Shown one piece after another: positions 26,429 to 39,897 of a stretch of DNA of 64,000 nt. The translations under genes were made by a program, and so were the position numbers. Each line of letters starts with the position of its first letter. Within the stretch, counting starts at the first letter, position 1. The notes under the pieces were generated by a model. It was not told where the DNA came from, did no database searches, and saw only the letters and a list, made by a program, of their open reading frames with translations. Source of the DNA: Eledone cirrhosa (Eukaryota); assembly GCA_964016885.1 (NCBI GenBank), contig OZ024740.1, forward strand, positions 397,606,001 through 397,670,000. Reading direction: 5' to 3'.

Positions 26429-26483
26429 AGAGATTTATCATTTCTTTCATTTAAAAAGTATTATTATGGAAAAGGTTTCAAAC

Positions 26484-26642
26484 CTGAAACTTGTAGACAA
26501 CAAGTTCATATCGTAGAATCAACCACATAGGTGAAAGTAAACCAAATCTTGCAGCTATAGGTAGTGCAATAGATCCAACAAACCAAAATTTAGTAATCCG
26601 AGGAATGCTACGGAACCAGTCTCCAATATCGTTCGACGCCAT
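26484..26642 (-). CDS. DERL1: Derlin-1 coding exon 1 (MASNDIGDWFRSIPRITKFWF...YKFQ)
   Basis: ATG at 26642, 159 nt, CAG/GTTTGA donor; DIGDWFRSIP N-terminus typical of Derlin-1. Confidence 0.96.
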
Positions 26643-27400
26643 ACTGTAGTGTCGTCCGAGGACAAAAGACGTCCCCTTCAAACAAATTCACAAACCAAAA
26701 GCTTGAATGTATCAGAAAAATATTTTCGGTTCGTTGCCTTTCTAATAATCACTCTTAGATTAGAGTAATAAAATTTAGAAAGAGGATTATCGAAAACGTT
26801 TACTCTTCTTTCACAGAGTTTTCTAGTAACTGAATAAACGGTGTAAAATAAACTTAAGTTCTCCACAATACAAATGGTCAAAAACTGTCTTTATATCATT
26901 TAATACAATATTTGTTTGTTTGTTTGTTTTGTTGTTTTTTGGGGGGCTTTTTATATATTTAAAATACAACCTGTTGTTATTTTATTAATTGTGAATAAGG
27001 ATAGATGTATAGAGATTAGAATTATTTCTAAAGGATCAACGAAAAAATGATTAGCCAACTTTGGGCTGATCCATGACAACAACAAAAATAAGCCCATTTT
27101 TATTATTGCAAGAAAGGTAACTCCGTCAAATATCACATTACTTTAACGTAACAACTGATACGTCAACAAACCACGTGGGTTCAGGACTTTTTAAAGGCCA
27201 CGTTTTATTACAACAGAACGACGTTTAAGTATGCTGATACGAAATAAAAAGAAAATTCTAGAGAGTGAATCATTACAAAAGCTTCCATATGTTGTTGAAA
27301 TTTAACAGAAATATATTTATTACTCTGAATCGATTTGTAAACAAATAACTTGGATTATCAACGTGTCGCTTAACTATTGGCTAACATATTGTTAATTCAG
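26643..27400 (-). promoter_or_regulatory. DERL1 5' UTR/promoter region with a cluster of ACGT/CCACG bZIP-type boxes at 27146-27224
   Basis: Directly upstream of the ATG; CpG retained relative to the gene body; five ACGT cores in 79 bp. Confidence 0.55.
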
Positions 27401-27768
27401 AAAAGTGTTCTATAAAAGTGTTCTACACATGAAAAATATTATCCTTTTTTTTTTTAATATACCATAAGTTACAAAATCTTTTTTTTTTTAAAGTTACAAA
27501 TCCTTTTTTTTGTCTTTATTTCATACAAGAAATATGTCAAAGTATAATCTAAATTAATTCTATGACAGATTTTAGCCATATTTAAGCAAGTGTCACACAC
27601 AGGTTAAAGGAAGTTGACTCAATACTGAGTGTGACTATTGCTTGTTAATGAGCTACAAAGCAAAGATGACTTCTGAGCCCAGCTGATATTTTGCAGCTTT
27701 TACCACAGTTATTTCATAAATGTATTTTCTCAAATGCAATTCAGAATGATTGCAATTGGCATTGTGTA

Positions 27769-27854
27769 CAGATATGTCTGTTCAGGGGACGTTTGACACA
27801 TGATTAGCAGATATGTCTGTTCAGGGGACGTTTGACACATGATTAGCAGATATG
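27769..27854. repeat. Perfect 39-bp tandem duplication
   Basis: CAGATATGTCTGTTCAGGGGACGTTTGACACATGATTAG x2 + CAGATATG. Confidence 0.95.
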
Positions 27855-28758
27855 CATTCTTTCATATAACCTATATTGGCTAAGATAACCATCCTTAGAA
27901 AAACAAACTCAATCATTAATTGAACATTTGAAGGGGTAATTAATATCTATAGGGTTTCCTTTTCCTTGCATCTCATTTCAATTCTGGGTGTTTAATACAA
28001 TTCTCTTAAAATGCTTGGACATGTTTAGCACATTTCTTATCCATGGTGCCTTAATCAATTGCATTTTCTTCCCAACTTATATGAATATTTACTTTTTTCC
28101 AAATCATATTTAAAACAGTCTTTGTATTTTAACTTTGGTTAGAATAGATGTTTTGGAATTCTTTCATCTTCCGTACAAAATATATAGCCTGCCCTTCACA
28201 GTCTCATGTTACAAAGGAGCTTCTATGCTTACAACATTTTCTTACTTCAAAAGCTTGACATCACTCGTATAGTTTCTCCAAGATATATGCAAAATTTGTC
28301 AAGGACACTTTATATGAATACACTCCAACGTTTTAATGTTTTGAATATAATGTCAATGTTTCACATACATATAACATATCTCCTTCCTTGGCAAGAAACA
28401 TGAAGTCCTCCCACCAGTACCTTCCTAACTTTGCAAAGGATGTCACATCATTCACTCCTCTCTCTCTCTTTAAGATCACCTCCCTCAAAGTATCTTGTGT
28501 CAACCTCACCCCAGCCCACATTATCATCTTCCCCACTCCCATCACTAGCTTCCCAGCCCACCCCATACAAGTGTAGTGCTGGTGCCATGATTAAAAAGCA
28601 CCCAGTTCACTCTGGGAGGTAGTGACAGCTATGGAGGTCTTACCAGAATGGAGCATATGAGAGATACAGTCAGCTAACCTGTCTAATCTCAGAGTGTGAC
28701 AACCTCTCTAACCCACACAAGCATGGAAAATAGATGTTAAACGGTGATGATGATGATG

Positions 28759-28795
<37 letters not shown>

Positions 28796-30925
28796 CACCT
28801 CCGTGATACATCGCTTGCTTTCTCAGTGTTTGTGCCACAACAAAAAACACCCAGTAAGATGATAATGATATATATATATATTTGTCAAACATGGCAAAAG
28901 GAATATTAAAATGGGATTAATGTAACTAGGTAGTTTATGAACATTGGGTCTCCTACTCAATATACCCCCTATCCTTCCATCTCTCTTCCACTGTTCACTT
29001 ATTGGACTTGTTTGATCCTCTCCTCTACATGCTGCTCATCTATCCACTCTTATACTGCACCATGCTACCCATGTAACAATAGCTATATTTAGTCTTGTCA
29101 ATATTAAAAGCCTGCTGCCATTAACTCTATCAGTCTACTTCCCTCCTCTATCATGATGGTTACATGAGATGCATCACATATATTTATATTCCATACACTT
29201 TCTCTATGCTGCCAACTATCATTCCCTCTCTCTAAGAACACTTTTCATTGACAACCATCACTTTCCTTCTTCCATCATACTTTTACTATCACTCTCTCTA
29301 ACACAATCTTTCCTCTCATGCTCTTTTGCCTACTTACCTTGATACTTCTCATGCTCTCTCTCTTCTAGTCACAAGATTTGAGGCAAACTCACTATTATTG
29401 GTGCTATGACAAAATGCACTTAATATTCTGTAAAATGGTTGGTATTGAAATGGAAACTACATAAGGTTTGCGAGGGCCCCTTTAATCCTGCTGAAGACAT
29501 AAACTCTCTAGTGCTGGTGTGAAAATAAAGTCCAGTACACCCCCAAAAGTGGTGGTGTTGGTGCCATGATAAAATGTAACTAATACACTCTGTAAAGTAG
29601 TAAAGCTGATGCCTTGATAAAAAGCACACAGTACACTCTGTAAAGTGGTCAGCATTAGGAAGGGTATCTAACTGTAGAAACCATGATATGGAATACATGG
29701 GCAAGTTTCTATAGCATGGAAAATGATGAGGATATATATTCAAATGTTTAAGTTTGCCAACAAAAGAACAAGAGTGTTCGATACATGTAGAGTATACAAT
29801 TATTTAAACTGAATTTCTCCAATTTAACAAAGTGAATAGCCCTTACAGTACCCTTTCTGTCACTTTCAAATTGTACTTTATAGCTAATGTCTCTCTATCC
29901 CCAACTTTTCGATCTTTATTCTACAGTAATTTCCATCTATCTTTGGAAACTTGCTCTTTGAATCTGCTACTATCAAACTGTTACTCTCACTTCCAGTATC
30001 TGGAAGGTGATGAAATCTAGTCAATAATTACCTCCTTATGTTGAATCTTTCTCCCTCTACAATGTCACCAGTATGATTGTAGAAGCAGACCTGGGTCACA
30101 TGATGCTGATAAATTGATTTTAAAAAAAAGAATTATCTGAGGAGGTAAAGAAAACTACCCACAACCTTTACAGACTTGCTCAGATTATTAATAAGACTTA
30201 TGTTCAATTTGAACATCTGTACAATAATATCTGCCTATTTAACATATTTAGATGGGTTGAGTGAACTTACACTCTAATGTATCTCAATTTTATGTTATTT
30301 GTGGGTTCCAATATTTTCTGATCAGTCCTAACTCCACCTCCCAACAGATTTTCATTAAGTATACATTTTCCTTTCACAATTCCAAATCAATGTTGTCTTC
30401 CTTGCATACATCAGCTAATAGATCTGGTCCTCACCTGCTTTGTTAACTTATTTCATCAAAGGAGTACCTATATGATAGCTTGGCCTACAGTAAATAACAG
30501 CCAAATCTCCCTCAAATGAGATCCTACTGTCTTGAAAAAAGAATGATACACTAATGAATGATCATGGTTTGAATGCCTTTGAGCAGAGATCTGCTCAATC
30601 GGGGTTAACTTCAGCCTCAACAGCAACTCATCCTTTACTTGAAAGTTAACAATGAACATCTAATGTAGGATATGCAACATGTTTCTACAGAATCTATTTA
30701 AATATGTGAGGTTTCACAACCATAGAACATCATACTTTTTATTATATACTTTATAATCTTTTTTTTTTAACAGAGAAAGCAAAACCTTTTTTCATCAATA
30801 AAATTCTTGAAACTTTTTTCCACCTCTTGCACAGCATCTGCTAGCACAAACCACATAAACCTAAGTGAGAGAATATATACAAATACCAAATCACCCGGGC
30901 TGTGATTTACAAGTGACATGGTCTT

Positions 30926-31241
30926 CATTCATCCTCATTTCAATTTACGTCCGCTTTTTCCCTGCTTGCAAGGGTGGGACGGGAACTGATTCTGGCTTGA
31001 TTTCTACAGCTGGATGCCCTTCCTAACACCAACCTCATTTACAGTGAGTGCTGGGTGCTTTTTTGCAGTGGAATGATATGGACCCCAGTCCCTATCATCT
31101 CATTTCTACAGCTGAGTAAACTGGAGCAATGTGAAATAAAGTGTCTTGCTCAAGGAAACAACACATCACCCAGTCTGAGAATTGAACTCACAACCTTTCG
31201 ATTGCAAGGCCAATGCTCTAACCACTAAGCCATGTGCCTCC
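30926..31241 (-). mobile_element. SINE, same family as 7086-7527 (internal deletion)
   Basis: Reverse complement near-identical to the 7086 copy. Confidence 0.85.
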
Positions 31242-32321
31242 ATAGACTACAATTCAACTGATGCACTAAAGTTGTTTAGCAGTCAGTTGCTAGAGATCTT
31301 ACTGTACCCATTATTTGCACTGAATATATAGTACTGAGGTTTTGACTTCTGCCACCCTACATACCAAGTCCAGCTACATTGCTTGCTGGCTTAAATCTGT
31401 TTTTGTTATGTTTATCCACATACCTTTTGATTAATATCTACTCTTCTTCATTTCAAATTTCTGAAGCTCTTAATTTTGTAATGAGAATCTAATTGAAACA
31501 AGAACTCTTCTTAGACTGTCTCTTAAATCAGAAATTTGGATGAAAAGGTTTTTTTATTTGAATATTAAATTTCTTATTTTGACTGGCTACCCTTTTTTAC
31601 ACAAAGTGTATGTTTAAAATCTTTCATTTCAAGCTCCAATTATTACTCCTTTTTTCAACTCTTGTAAACTAAAGGTAAAATAACTATAGCAACTAGGAAG
31701 ATAGTTTTAGTTACATGTTTTTATGTTTCAGAATGCATTGTGTTCTTACCCAGAAATGTGTATGATCATACATATGTACATATGTATACAGGAGTTGTTT
31801 TTTTATATCAGTTATTCAGAGGAGGAGACACTTTAGTCTTTGTTTCTAGTGAGAAACAAAGCTAATAAATGGCTAATAAAGAAATTAGTGTCTAAAATTT
31901 CACTTATATCTAATTTTCTTTGTAAGTTTACCTCTACAGTAAGTATGATATTCAAAACTTTACAATGCTAATATGGCACAGAAAATGACCAGTCTATTTT
32001 GTTTTATAAAAATCATATATAGAGTTCAATGAGGGAAACTATCGTATAAATAATAAAACTTTGGGGTGGAGGTGGGGAGAAAGGTCCGAGAGTCCTTAAA
32101 CTCCCCATTTTTCAGAAAAAAATCCTTTGCAGGATCATCATCAACATCATCGTTTAACGTCTATCTTCCATGCTAGCATGGGTTAGGATATTTAGAGGTA
32201 AGTTAAACTCGTAGCACAAACAAAAAAAAAAGGAAAAATAACTATTTTCCATATTTCCCATTGAAATCAATGGGGGTGTTCTATAAAATTAGCCAATAAT
32301 GCATTTACATTACTCTATAAA

Positions 32322-32535
32322 ATAACCCTTTAGCATTTACATTACTCTATATATACTATTGTATTTGCACAGTAAAAGCTTTATCTTACATATCGAATCT
32401 ATAAAATTTTGATATTTATTTTGAGAACAATACCTTAACATAAGAATGAGTGGCTGGTTTCAACCAGTTTGAACTGAATGAGATGAGAGAATTCTAGCTC
32501 GCTCGATACGGCCAATTTAAATGCCAATGGGTTAA
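32322..32535 (+). mobile_element. piggyBac-type MITE copy
   Basis: Family body and TIRs. Confidence 0.8.
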
Positions 32536-33468
32536 GTTGCATATAGAACTGAAAGCAAACTTCTTGCTGATAAGGGGGTATATCTTCTGGAAAGATAAAT
32601 GTTTCTTTATAAAAGCATATGTGTCTTTTAGTCACCTATGGGTGAACTTTGACAGATGATCTAAAGCAGATAGGGTTCATTTTGAAAAGTGTGATGAGTG
32701 GAAATATTTTATTACTCAATATTTGTAAACAAGAGGACTTAAAAAAAAAGTTCAAGTCAGAAGAGAGGGATTCAAGAGATGTGGATTATTGTTGGAGCTT
32801 CTCTCAACTATTGTTGCTACACTGAATTAGATTGCTTTACAAATTGTATAGATTATGCTTTTGAAGATGAGCTCAATATATATAAATGGTTTTAATTTAC
32901 ATTTCAATGTATTATTGTAAGGCATTCAGGATTCAAGTTTAATGTTCTACTGCTAGTACAGTAGCCTCTACCTATATTTTTCTATCCAGTGAATGGCTTT
33001 GAAATCATGAATAGTTTGAAAATTTTATGTAGTTTTCCATTTATGCAGAAGGGGGGGGGGGTGACCAATGGACTTTAAAAGTCTTCATTCTCCAGTTTAA
33101 GATTTTGCATCTTAACTACCTTAGTTGAGAAAGTTGGCTTTTTTTTTTTTATCAAATGTACACTCAACAGCCAGAGCAACACATTATAACATAGTTAATT
33201 TGTTTTTTCTTTAAAATAACTTATGAAAAAATTCAAAGGGAAAATTATTTTCTAACAAGAACATTTTGAACTTAAATACTATTTATCTGCTTTGGTTTGT
33301 TGAATTAGATTTACTAGAAGTATTGTGTCTTCATTTAAATATCATAACCAAGAGAACTTTTACCAGTATATTAGAAAAAAAATAGTTTATTTTAGTGAGT
33401 TAAGAGAGGTGAAAATCAAAGAATTTATATAATTCCCTTGAATTCTTAATGTAAAACATAGACAATAT

Positions 33469-33474
33469 TTTATT
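33469..33474 (-). terminator. Candidate AATAAA polyadenylation signal of BUD31
   Basis: Minus-strand AATAAA ~160 nt after the stop; a second at 33386-33391; the AT-rich context makes chance occurrence possible. Confidence 0.35.
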
Positions 33475-33633
33475 TAATCCTCATGCACACATAAACATAC
33501 ATAAAGAAATGATCCATATGGTTTTTAGAACAAAAATATGTCCTTAGAATGATTACAATGTATAAAATAGGAAGAAAGGTGGAGAAATCAGTTGGCCAGC
33601 CATTTTTAGACAATCTATGTAAACTGTACAGAA

Positions 33634-33684
33634 TCATCCAGAACATCCTCGGCAACCACATAGTACACATTCCACAATCTTTCC
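33634..33684 (-). CDS. BUD31: BUD31/G10 last coding exon (GKIVECVLCGCRGCSG*)
   Basis: tttacacAG acceptor, C..CGCRGCSG-stop terminus; the four exons total 435 nt = 144 aa + stop. Confidence 0.96.
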   Translation of the reverse strand, partial: GKIVECVLCGCRGCSG

Positions 33685-34932
33685 CTGTGTAAAGAAACAA
33701 AAATTACAAAAATAAAAATTCAGACTTTCAATTGGATAACTAAACATAAATACAATAATATGAAAACAACAGTCCTTATTTTAAAGTAATTTAATCACAT
33801 AAAAAAAATAACTGCTAATATTAATGCAAATCCACAGCTGTTCAGCACTTATACACATGGTGTAGTTTAGTTTAACAAGCTCTTTGATTTTATCAAATAG
33901 ATATGGTAAGCATATCAAAGGATAAACTTTGTAATATATATTCAAAAAAGATAATACTCCCAAAGCAATTTTTTTAATGATTAGGTATTCAAAATTCACA
34001 CTGAAAAAATTACTCTTTTTTAATGACAACTATGGACTAACTAAAAGTAAAGAATGTTCTGTTTTCTATGACCATTCAGGAGGTTTATGCTATCTTTTAT
34101 AGTAGTAGTTATATTTGCTATTCTAATTTGAACAAAAATTACTTTCATACACACATAAAACAAATAATGATTACACAGGCAAACAGAAAAATATATTCAC
34201 ATACACATGTAATGTAGTTGATGATAGGAAGGGCATGCAGCCGTAGAAACCAAGCCAAAATACAGATCCGTATGACCTCACTTGTCTCATAATACAACCC
34301 ATCTAACCCATACAAGCATGGGTTAGATGGGACATTAAGTGATGAGGAGGCGGAGGAAGAATTAAAATATATCACATACTCTCTTATATATTATAATAGG
34401 CTAAAATCATTCAAACACATTTATTAAGAATATTATGGTTTTTTTTATTAGAAATTTGGAACTGTAAGAACTCTAACGATGAAATGGTAGTTTGACTTTT
34501 TAAAACTTTGTATACTCTGAATAATCTTCAGATAAAAGGGGGATGTAAGATTGAATAAGAATAACGGTCATTTAAAAGACTGCTAACAGCTATCAAACAA
34601 CAATTAATAAACATAACTACAACCACCACCAACACAACAATAATAATTGTTTCTACTTTTGGCACAAGGCCAGCAATTATCCCAGTGCATTACTGGTACT
34701 TTATTTTATCGATCCCGTAAGAATGAAAGGCAAAGTTAACCTCGGCGGGATTTAATAAAAATATGGTGATTTCTAGATTCTGGTACTCAGTGGTTCAATC
34801 AAACCTGATACTGACATTATTTCTACTAGCACAAACAGTAAAAATCAACCTCAGTGGAATTAGAACAAATATGCAATGCAATCCTGATATTCAGTTTACT
34901 ATTTTACTTTCATTCCACTCTAATAATGACTT

Positions 34933-36568
34933 TTAACCCTTTAGCATTTACATTACTCTCATCATCATCACCGTTTTACGTCCGTTCTTCCACGCTAGCA
35001 TGGGTTAGACGGGTTGTCCTGTTGTGGGCAGTGTCTGGTCGGCTGACCATGCCTTGCTCATACAGGAACTGATTTGGCTTGATTTCTACAGTGAGTGCTG
35101 GGTGCTTTTTCGTGGCACCTACACGTCCACTTTACAGTGTGGGCTGGGTGCTTTTTTGCCGTGGCACCTCCACGACCACCTTGCAGTGGTGGGTGTGGGG
35201 GCATATTGTCTATATGCTTCAGCTTGTACCCATGGGAGGTCGGGTACTCTGTATTACTGCGTGACGCCAGAGGTCACGGCCGTGTGTCATTGCCTTTGAG
35301 AGGTGTAACTGGGTAAGGTCGGCTTTTATCACCTCATCCCAGGTCATCTTGGGTTTCCCCACTCCGCGGTTTCCATCGACTTCTAGTGCTCTGCACCTTT
35401 TTATGCAGCTGTCATCCTTCATACGCATCACATGTCCATACCAGTGCAACTGCCTCTCCTGCACACAGCATTTGATTCCTCTTATGCTTAGTCTCTCTCT
35501 CAATTCATTTATGCTTTGTCGTTCACGTATATTACTGTTACACATCCATCGGAGAATGCAGGCTTCGTTTCTCTCTAATCTACGTAAGTCTTCCACCTTC
35601 AGCGCCCAGGTCTCACTACCATGCAACATTGCTGTTCGGATACACGCATCATACAGTCTGCCTTTCATTCTGAGGGAGAAGCCTTTTGCAGCTAGCAGTG
35701 GTAGTAGTTCCCTAAACTTCTTCCATCCCGTTCTTACCCTAGTTATTGTACTTTCTGAACACCCACCTCCGCTGCTAATTCGGTCACCTAGGTAGCAGAA
35801 GCTGTCTACTGTTTCTACAGAGCCCTCCCAGAGATTGGTGGTACTTGTTTCCTGTGGCTGTTTGCTGCTTGCTGTCCCAGCACAGCTGCTGCATGTGAAG
35901 TCTACATTCTTAATTAAGCTTCCTGAGATCCCGCTACATCTCTTGTGTACCCATTGTTTGCATTTGGGGCAGAGAATGGAGTTCCTACCTACACCTTTCC
36001 TACATACTGAGCAAGGCCATTTCCCTGAGGAGATCTGGGTTCTGTTTTCTCGTCTACTTACAAGGACCTTAGTCTTTGTCATGTTGACTTTGAGACCCTT
36101 TCTTTCTAGTCCCTGCTTCCAAGTTTGGAATTTATTCTCTAGTTCTACCATAGATTCAGCTATGAGTGCGAGGTCATCAGCATACAGGAGTTCCCATGGG
36201 CATCCGGTCTTAAACTCCTCCGTTATTGCCTGCAGAAGTATGATGAACAGGAGGGGGCTAAGAACAGAGCCCTGGTGGACCCCAACCTGTACGCTAAATT
36301 CCTCGCTATACTCATTGCTAATCCTAACTTTGCTGACTGCTCCCCTATACATGGCTTGTACCGCTTTCACAAGCCATTCATCTACTCCTAGTTTTCTGTA
36401 TTTAGGTTTGTATTTTTCAGTAAAAGCTTTACCTCACATAACGAATCTATGAGATTTTGAGAACAATACCTTAAAGTCAGTATGAGTGGGCAAGTTACAG
36501 CCGGTTTGAACAGAAAGAGGTGAGAGAATTCTGGCCAGATTTGGCCGGTTTAAATGCTAAAGGGTTAA
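34933..36568 (+). mobile_element. piggyBac-type MITE copy split by an RTE insertion (34933-34959 + ~36396-36568)
   Basis: Perfect TTAA CCCTTTAGCATTT / AAATGCTAAAGGG TTAA ends. Confidence 0.85.
34960..36396 (-). mobile_element. RTE-clade LINE subfamily B, 5'-truncated, inserted into a MITE
   Basis: 383-aa open RT/PHD frame 35219-36370; 3' UTR module and (GAT)n tail; MITE halves on both sides. Confidence 0.92.
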
Positions 36569-36845
36569 TTTTGCTACAAAGGTACAAACTTGTGAAGAAA
36601 TGTGCACTTGATTTAGTATAGGTTAATTCAACTGTAGGTATTACTAATATATAATATTAATATATATATGGAAAAAAACAAACAAATAGACATATTTAAA
36701 AGGCAAAAAAATATAAGGTAGTGGATGTTTAATTTTTGTCAATATGAAAAATAAATGAAATATATTAAAAATATAATAAATACATTCAACACTTTCAGTA
36801 GTCTCTGTTGGGAATGCATTGAGTATATCAGAGAATCGATAGATG

Positions 36846-37381
36846 ATGAAGCAAAAAAACAGAAAAATTATAAATCATCATCACCATAACCATTTAACAT
36901 CTATTTTTACACACTTGTGACGGATTGTCACACTATGAAATAATTTAGGTCAGGTGTCCATGTCTTGCTCATACGAATCTGCATTTTGGTTTGGTTTCTA
37001 TGGCTGGATGCCCTTCCTAATACCAACCATTCTACAACAACTAAGCACCCAGTCCATCTTGCCTGTTAGGCGGTTGTGTTGGTGACATGAAAAAAGCACC
37101 TAGTCTACCCAGTAAGGTGGTCATGCTGGTAACGCGATGAAAAAGCATCCAATCTATGGTGTTAGATGGTCGTTTTGGTGCCATGATACAAAGCACGCAG
37201 TCCACACTGTAATGTGGTTGGTGTTAGGAAGGGCATCGAGCCACAGAAACCAAGCCAAAATACAGTTCAATATGAGCAAGACATGGTCACCTGACCTGAA
37301 TCATCTCATAATATGACAACCTGTTTTGGAAAAATAGAAGCTAAACGATGATGATTTATTATTTTCTATTTTTTGCTTCAT
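36846..37381. repeat. Inverted duplication (fold-back) with ~170-190-nt arms
   Basis: 36846-37031 is an imperfect reverse complement of 37211-37381, including flank beyond the (GAT)n tail. Confidence 0.8.
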
Positions 37382-38126
37382 GTGATGTGTGGGTGAAGAA
37401 GTGCCAAGAATAAGAGTGGAAGGAAGCTACAGTAGAGGAAGACTGGGGCAAAAAAGGTTAAAGCCAATCTCAAAATGCTGAACCTCACTGAGGGGATGAT
37501 GAAAAGACAATGAATGGAAGCTGTGCTGGAGAAGACCTGTTCAACCCATGTAATCATGGAAAATGGATGATTATGATAACAAAAGGGTTGTACCACTAAG
37601 GAAAAGGAAAAGATAGGCCTAATATACATTTAATTAATAACAGTCAGTCCTGTAAGGTGGTAGTGATTGTGGCACAAGAAAATGAACCTGGTACATGCCA
37701 TGAAGTGGTTGACATTAAAAAGAGCACCCAGCCATAGAAATCATGTCAAAATGGAACCTATGAGCAAGACAGTCATCTGACCTGCCTGTCTAGCATAGAA
37801 AAGAGACCTAAAATGGTGATGATGATTTTGAGTAGACAATGTACTCAATTTACAAATTATTACCTCTAAACACACAACTTGAGAGAGTTCTATTTGGACA
37901 ACTGACCTACTAAAATTAACAACCAAATCTTCCTCATATAATCAAACCTTTCCAACCATCTTAAAACAAAAGAAAACGTTGGATATGATCCTTGACATGC
38001 AAAAGAATGGGATGATTAAAACTGGAATGCCATTGATCAGTAATCTGCTTGATCAGAGTTGACTTGAGGTTAAACTACAATATTTATTTTTTTTAAAGAT
38101 CAAGTTAAATTTGACGATGTGCTTAC

Positions 38127-38293
38127 CTCTTCTAGTTTGCTCTTTGGAACACGGCAAATACAGTTTGTTTGGAAGTTAGTATCTCTGGTTTGAATACAAC
38201 GCAAGCAACAAAGATTTTCATAGCCCTGTTTTTTCCATTTTGCTATCAAATTTTTATCTGCTATACCTTCTCGTAAACAATATTCATAAAGTT
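38127..38293 (-). CDS. BUD31: BUD31 coding exon 3 ([56 protein letters not shown])
   Basis: 167 nt, tcacAG / GTAAGC; G10 signature LCCLRC...CICRVP. Confidence 0.97.
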
Positions 38294-39774
38294 CTGTGAA
38301 AAATAAAACAATACATATTTAATAATGAATTCAAATTCAAAAATATACTTATTTTCTTTGAAAGCAACAGAATAATATAATTCTGATAAAGACACATAAC
38401 ATTTAAATATAAGTATTGTATAAACAGTGTTGGATTTAAACTCTGAGGTTCTGTCTTCTTCAGCAAAGTATTCTCACCACCCTGTGAGGATGCACCTCTC
38501 CAGGCACATTCTTGATAGCAGGTATGGAGGAGGACTTATTAGAAAGCCAGCGAATGGTCCGATCCTAAATTGGGTTCCAGCTTAACTCCAAAGTCCTCCC
38601 ATGTCTTATTTTTAAAAATCATACCACAAGGTCTCAAAAACTGAAATATATGCTTGACTCTTATCAACAAATACATATATTATTATCATGATTTCTTTTC
38701 TATACAGTTATAAAACCAGAAATATCATCAATTGTTATATATATTAAGTCATTGTTTTTATGGCCTGCTCTGGAAGAAGCTGTGTCCATAGTCTTCAAAG
38801 TTCTCCGAGATCTGTAAGACCAAATCAAGGAAAATATTGTAGAGGGTTGACATTGTGGGGAAGAAGGATTGAGCAGGGGGGTTATTGCAAGTTGGACAGG
38901 TGTGGGTAATGAATGACAAGTTATTCAAGTTAGCCTGGGTGGTAGCAGGAGCATGAGACTAACCAGAATAGACAAGCAGAGTAGCAGTAAGAAAAGCAGT
39001 GATGAAACAGGATGTGTGTGGATCAGAGATTGGAGTGTGTTAGTGAACAACTCCATATCACAAATTGGATGACTCTTTGGGGAGAAATAAATAACAAATA
39101 GAAAACTTACAATTTACATATTAAAGTAAATTTAAGATTAACATTAGAGTAGGTGTTTGTTATGTTTTCTATAATCTAATATGTGGCAAGCACACCATAA
39201 ACTGAGTTAACAAATTGGTTTCCAATAATGGTTTCATCATTTTGATAAACTCCCTGAAACTGCTCCTGCTTTTACATTAAAAACCTGTTTATTTTCAAGT
39301 ATTTATATTTATCTAAAAACATTCCATCATAATTTTATGTAAGAACATTTAAGCTATGCACCAAACACCATCTTGATAATGAGAAATTCAATTATATAAC
39401 TAAATCCCTCCAAATTCTCGATTATTTTCAAAATTATTTGAAAATTTTAGCAGTGTCTTTCATTAGAAATATGATAATAAAAGGGTTACAGTAGTTTAGT
39501 CCACTGATACAACTTATACCCTTGGGAAAGAAAAACATAATACATCTTTATTTCCATTCTCTCACTAAATTTGTAATCTTGTACCTAAATAAGAAATATG
39601 CATAATATATTGGTAACACACTACAGTACAATACAAATCCAATGACTATAATAACCAAACTAAAATCATTTAATAAGTTAAATAACAAAAGTACTAACAA
39701 AAGATTAAAATATCATTATAGGGATATAAGTATACAGTGGAAAAAAAAAATGTATATCTCAAATAAAAACTTGC

Positions 39775-39897
39775 CTCGACTAATAGCATGTCGTCTGTAG
39801 AAAAGATCATAAAGATAACGAGATCTCTGGTGGTGAATTCTGAAAATTGGCCATAAAGCCTCAACTTTTCTTTTCCCTTCATGTGGCTCAGTTTCCG
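39775..39897 (-). CDS. BUD31: BUD31 coding exon 2 ([41 protein letters not shown])
   Basis: 123 nt, ttctcAG acceptor, non-canonical AG/GCAAGT donor required to keep frame. Confidence 0.95.

Noticed and set aside
26643-26681. N-terminal extension of Derlin-1 suggested by ORF 26478-26681
   Set aside because: The ORF track used a TTG start; the ATG at 26642 matches the family N-terminus.
27400-33400. An additional protein-coding gene between DERL1 and BUD31
   Set aside because: Only short AT-rich ORFs and repeat fragments; no consistent exon chain found. A lncRNA cannot be excluded.
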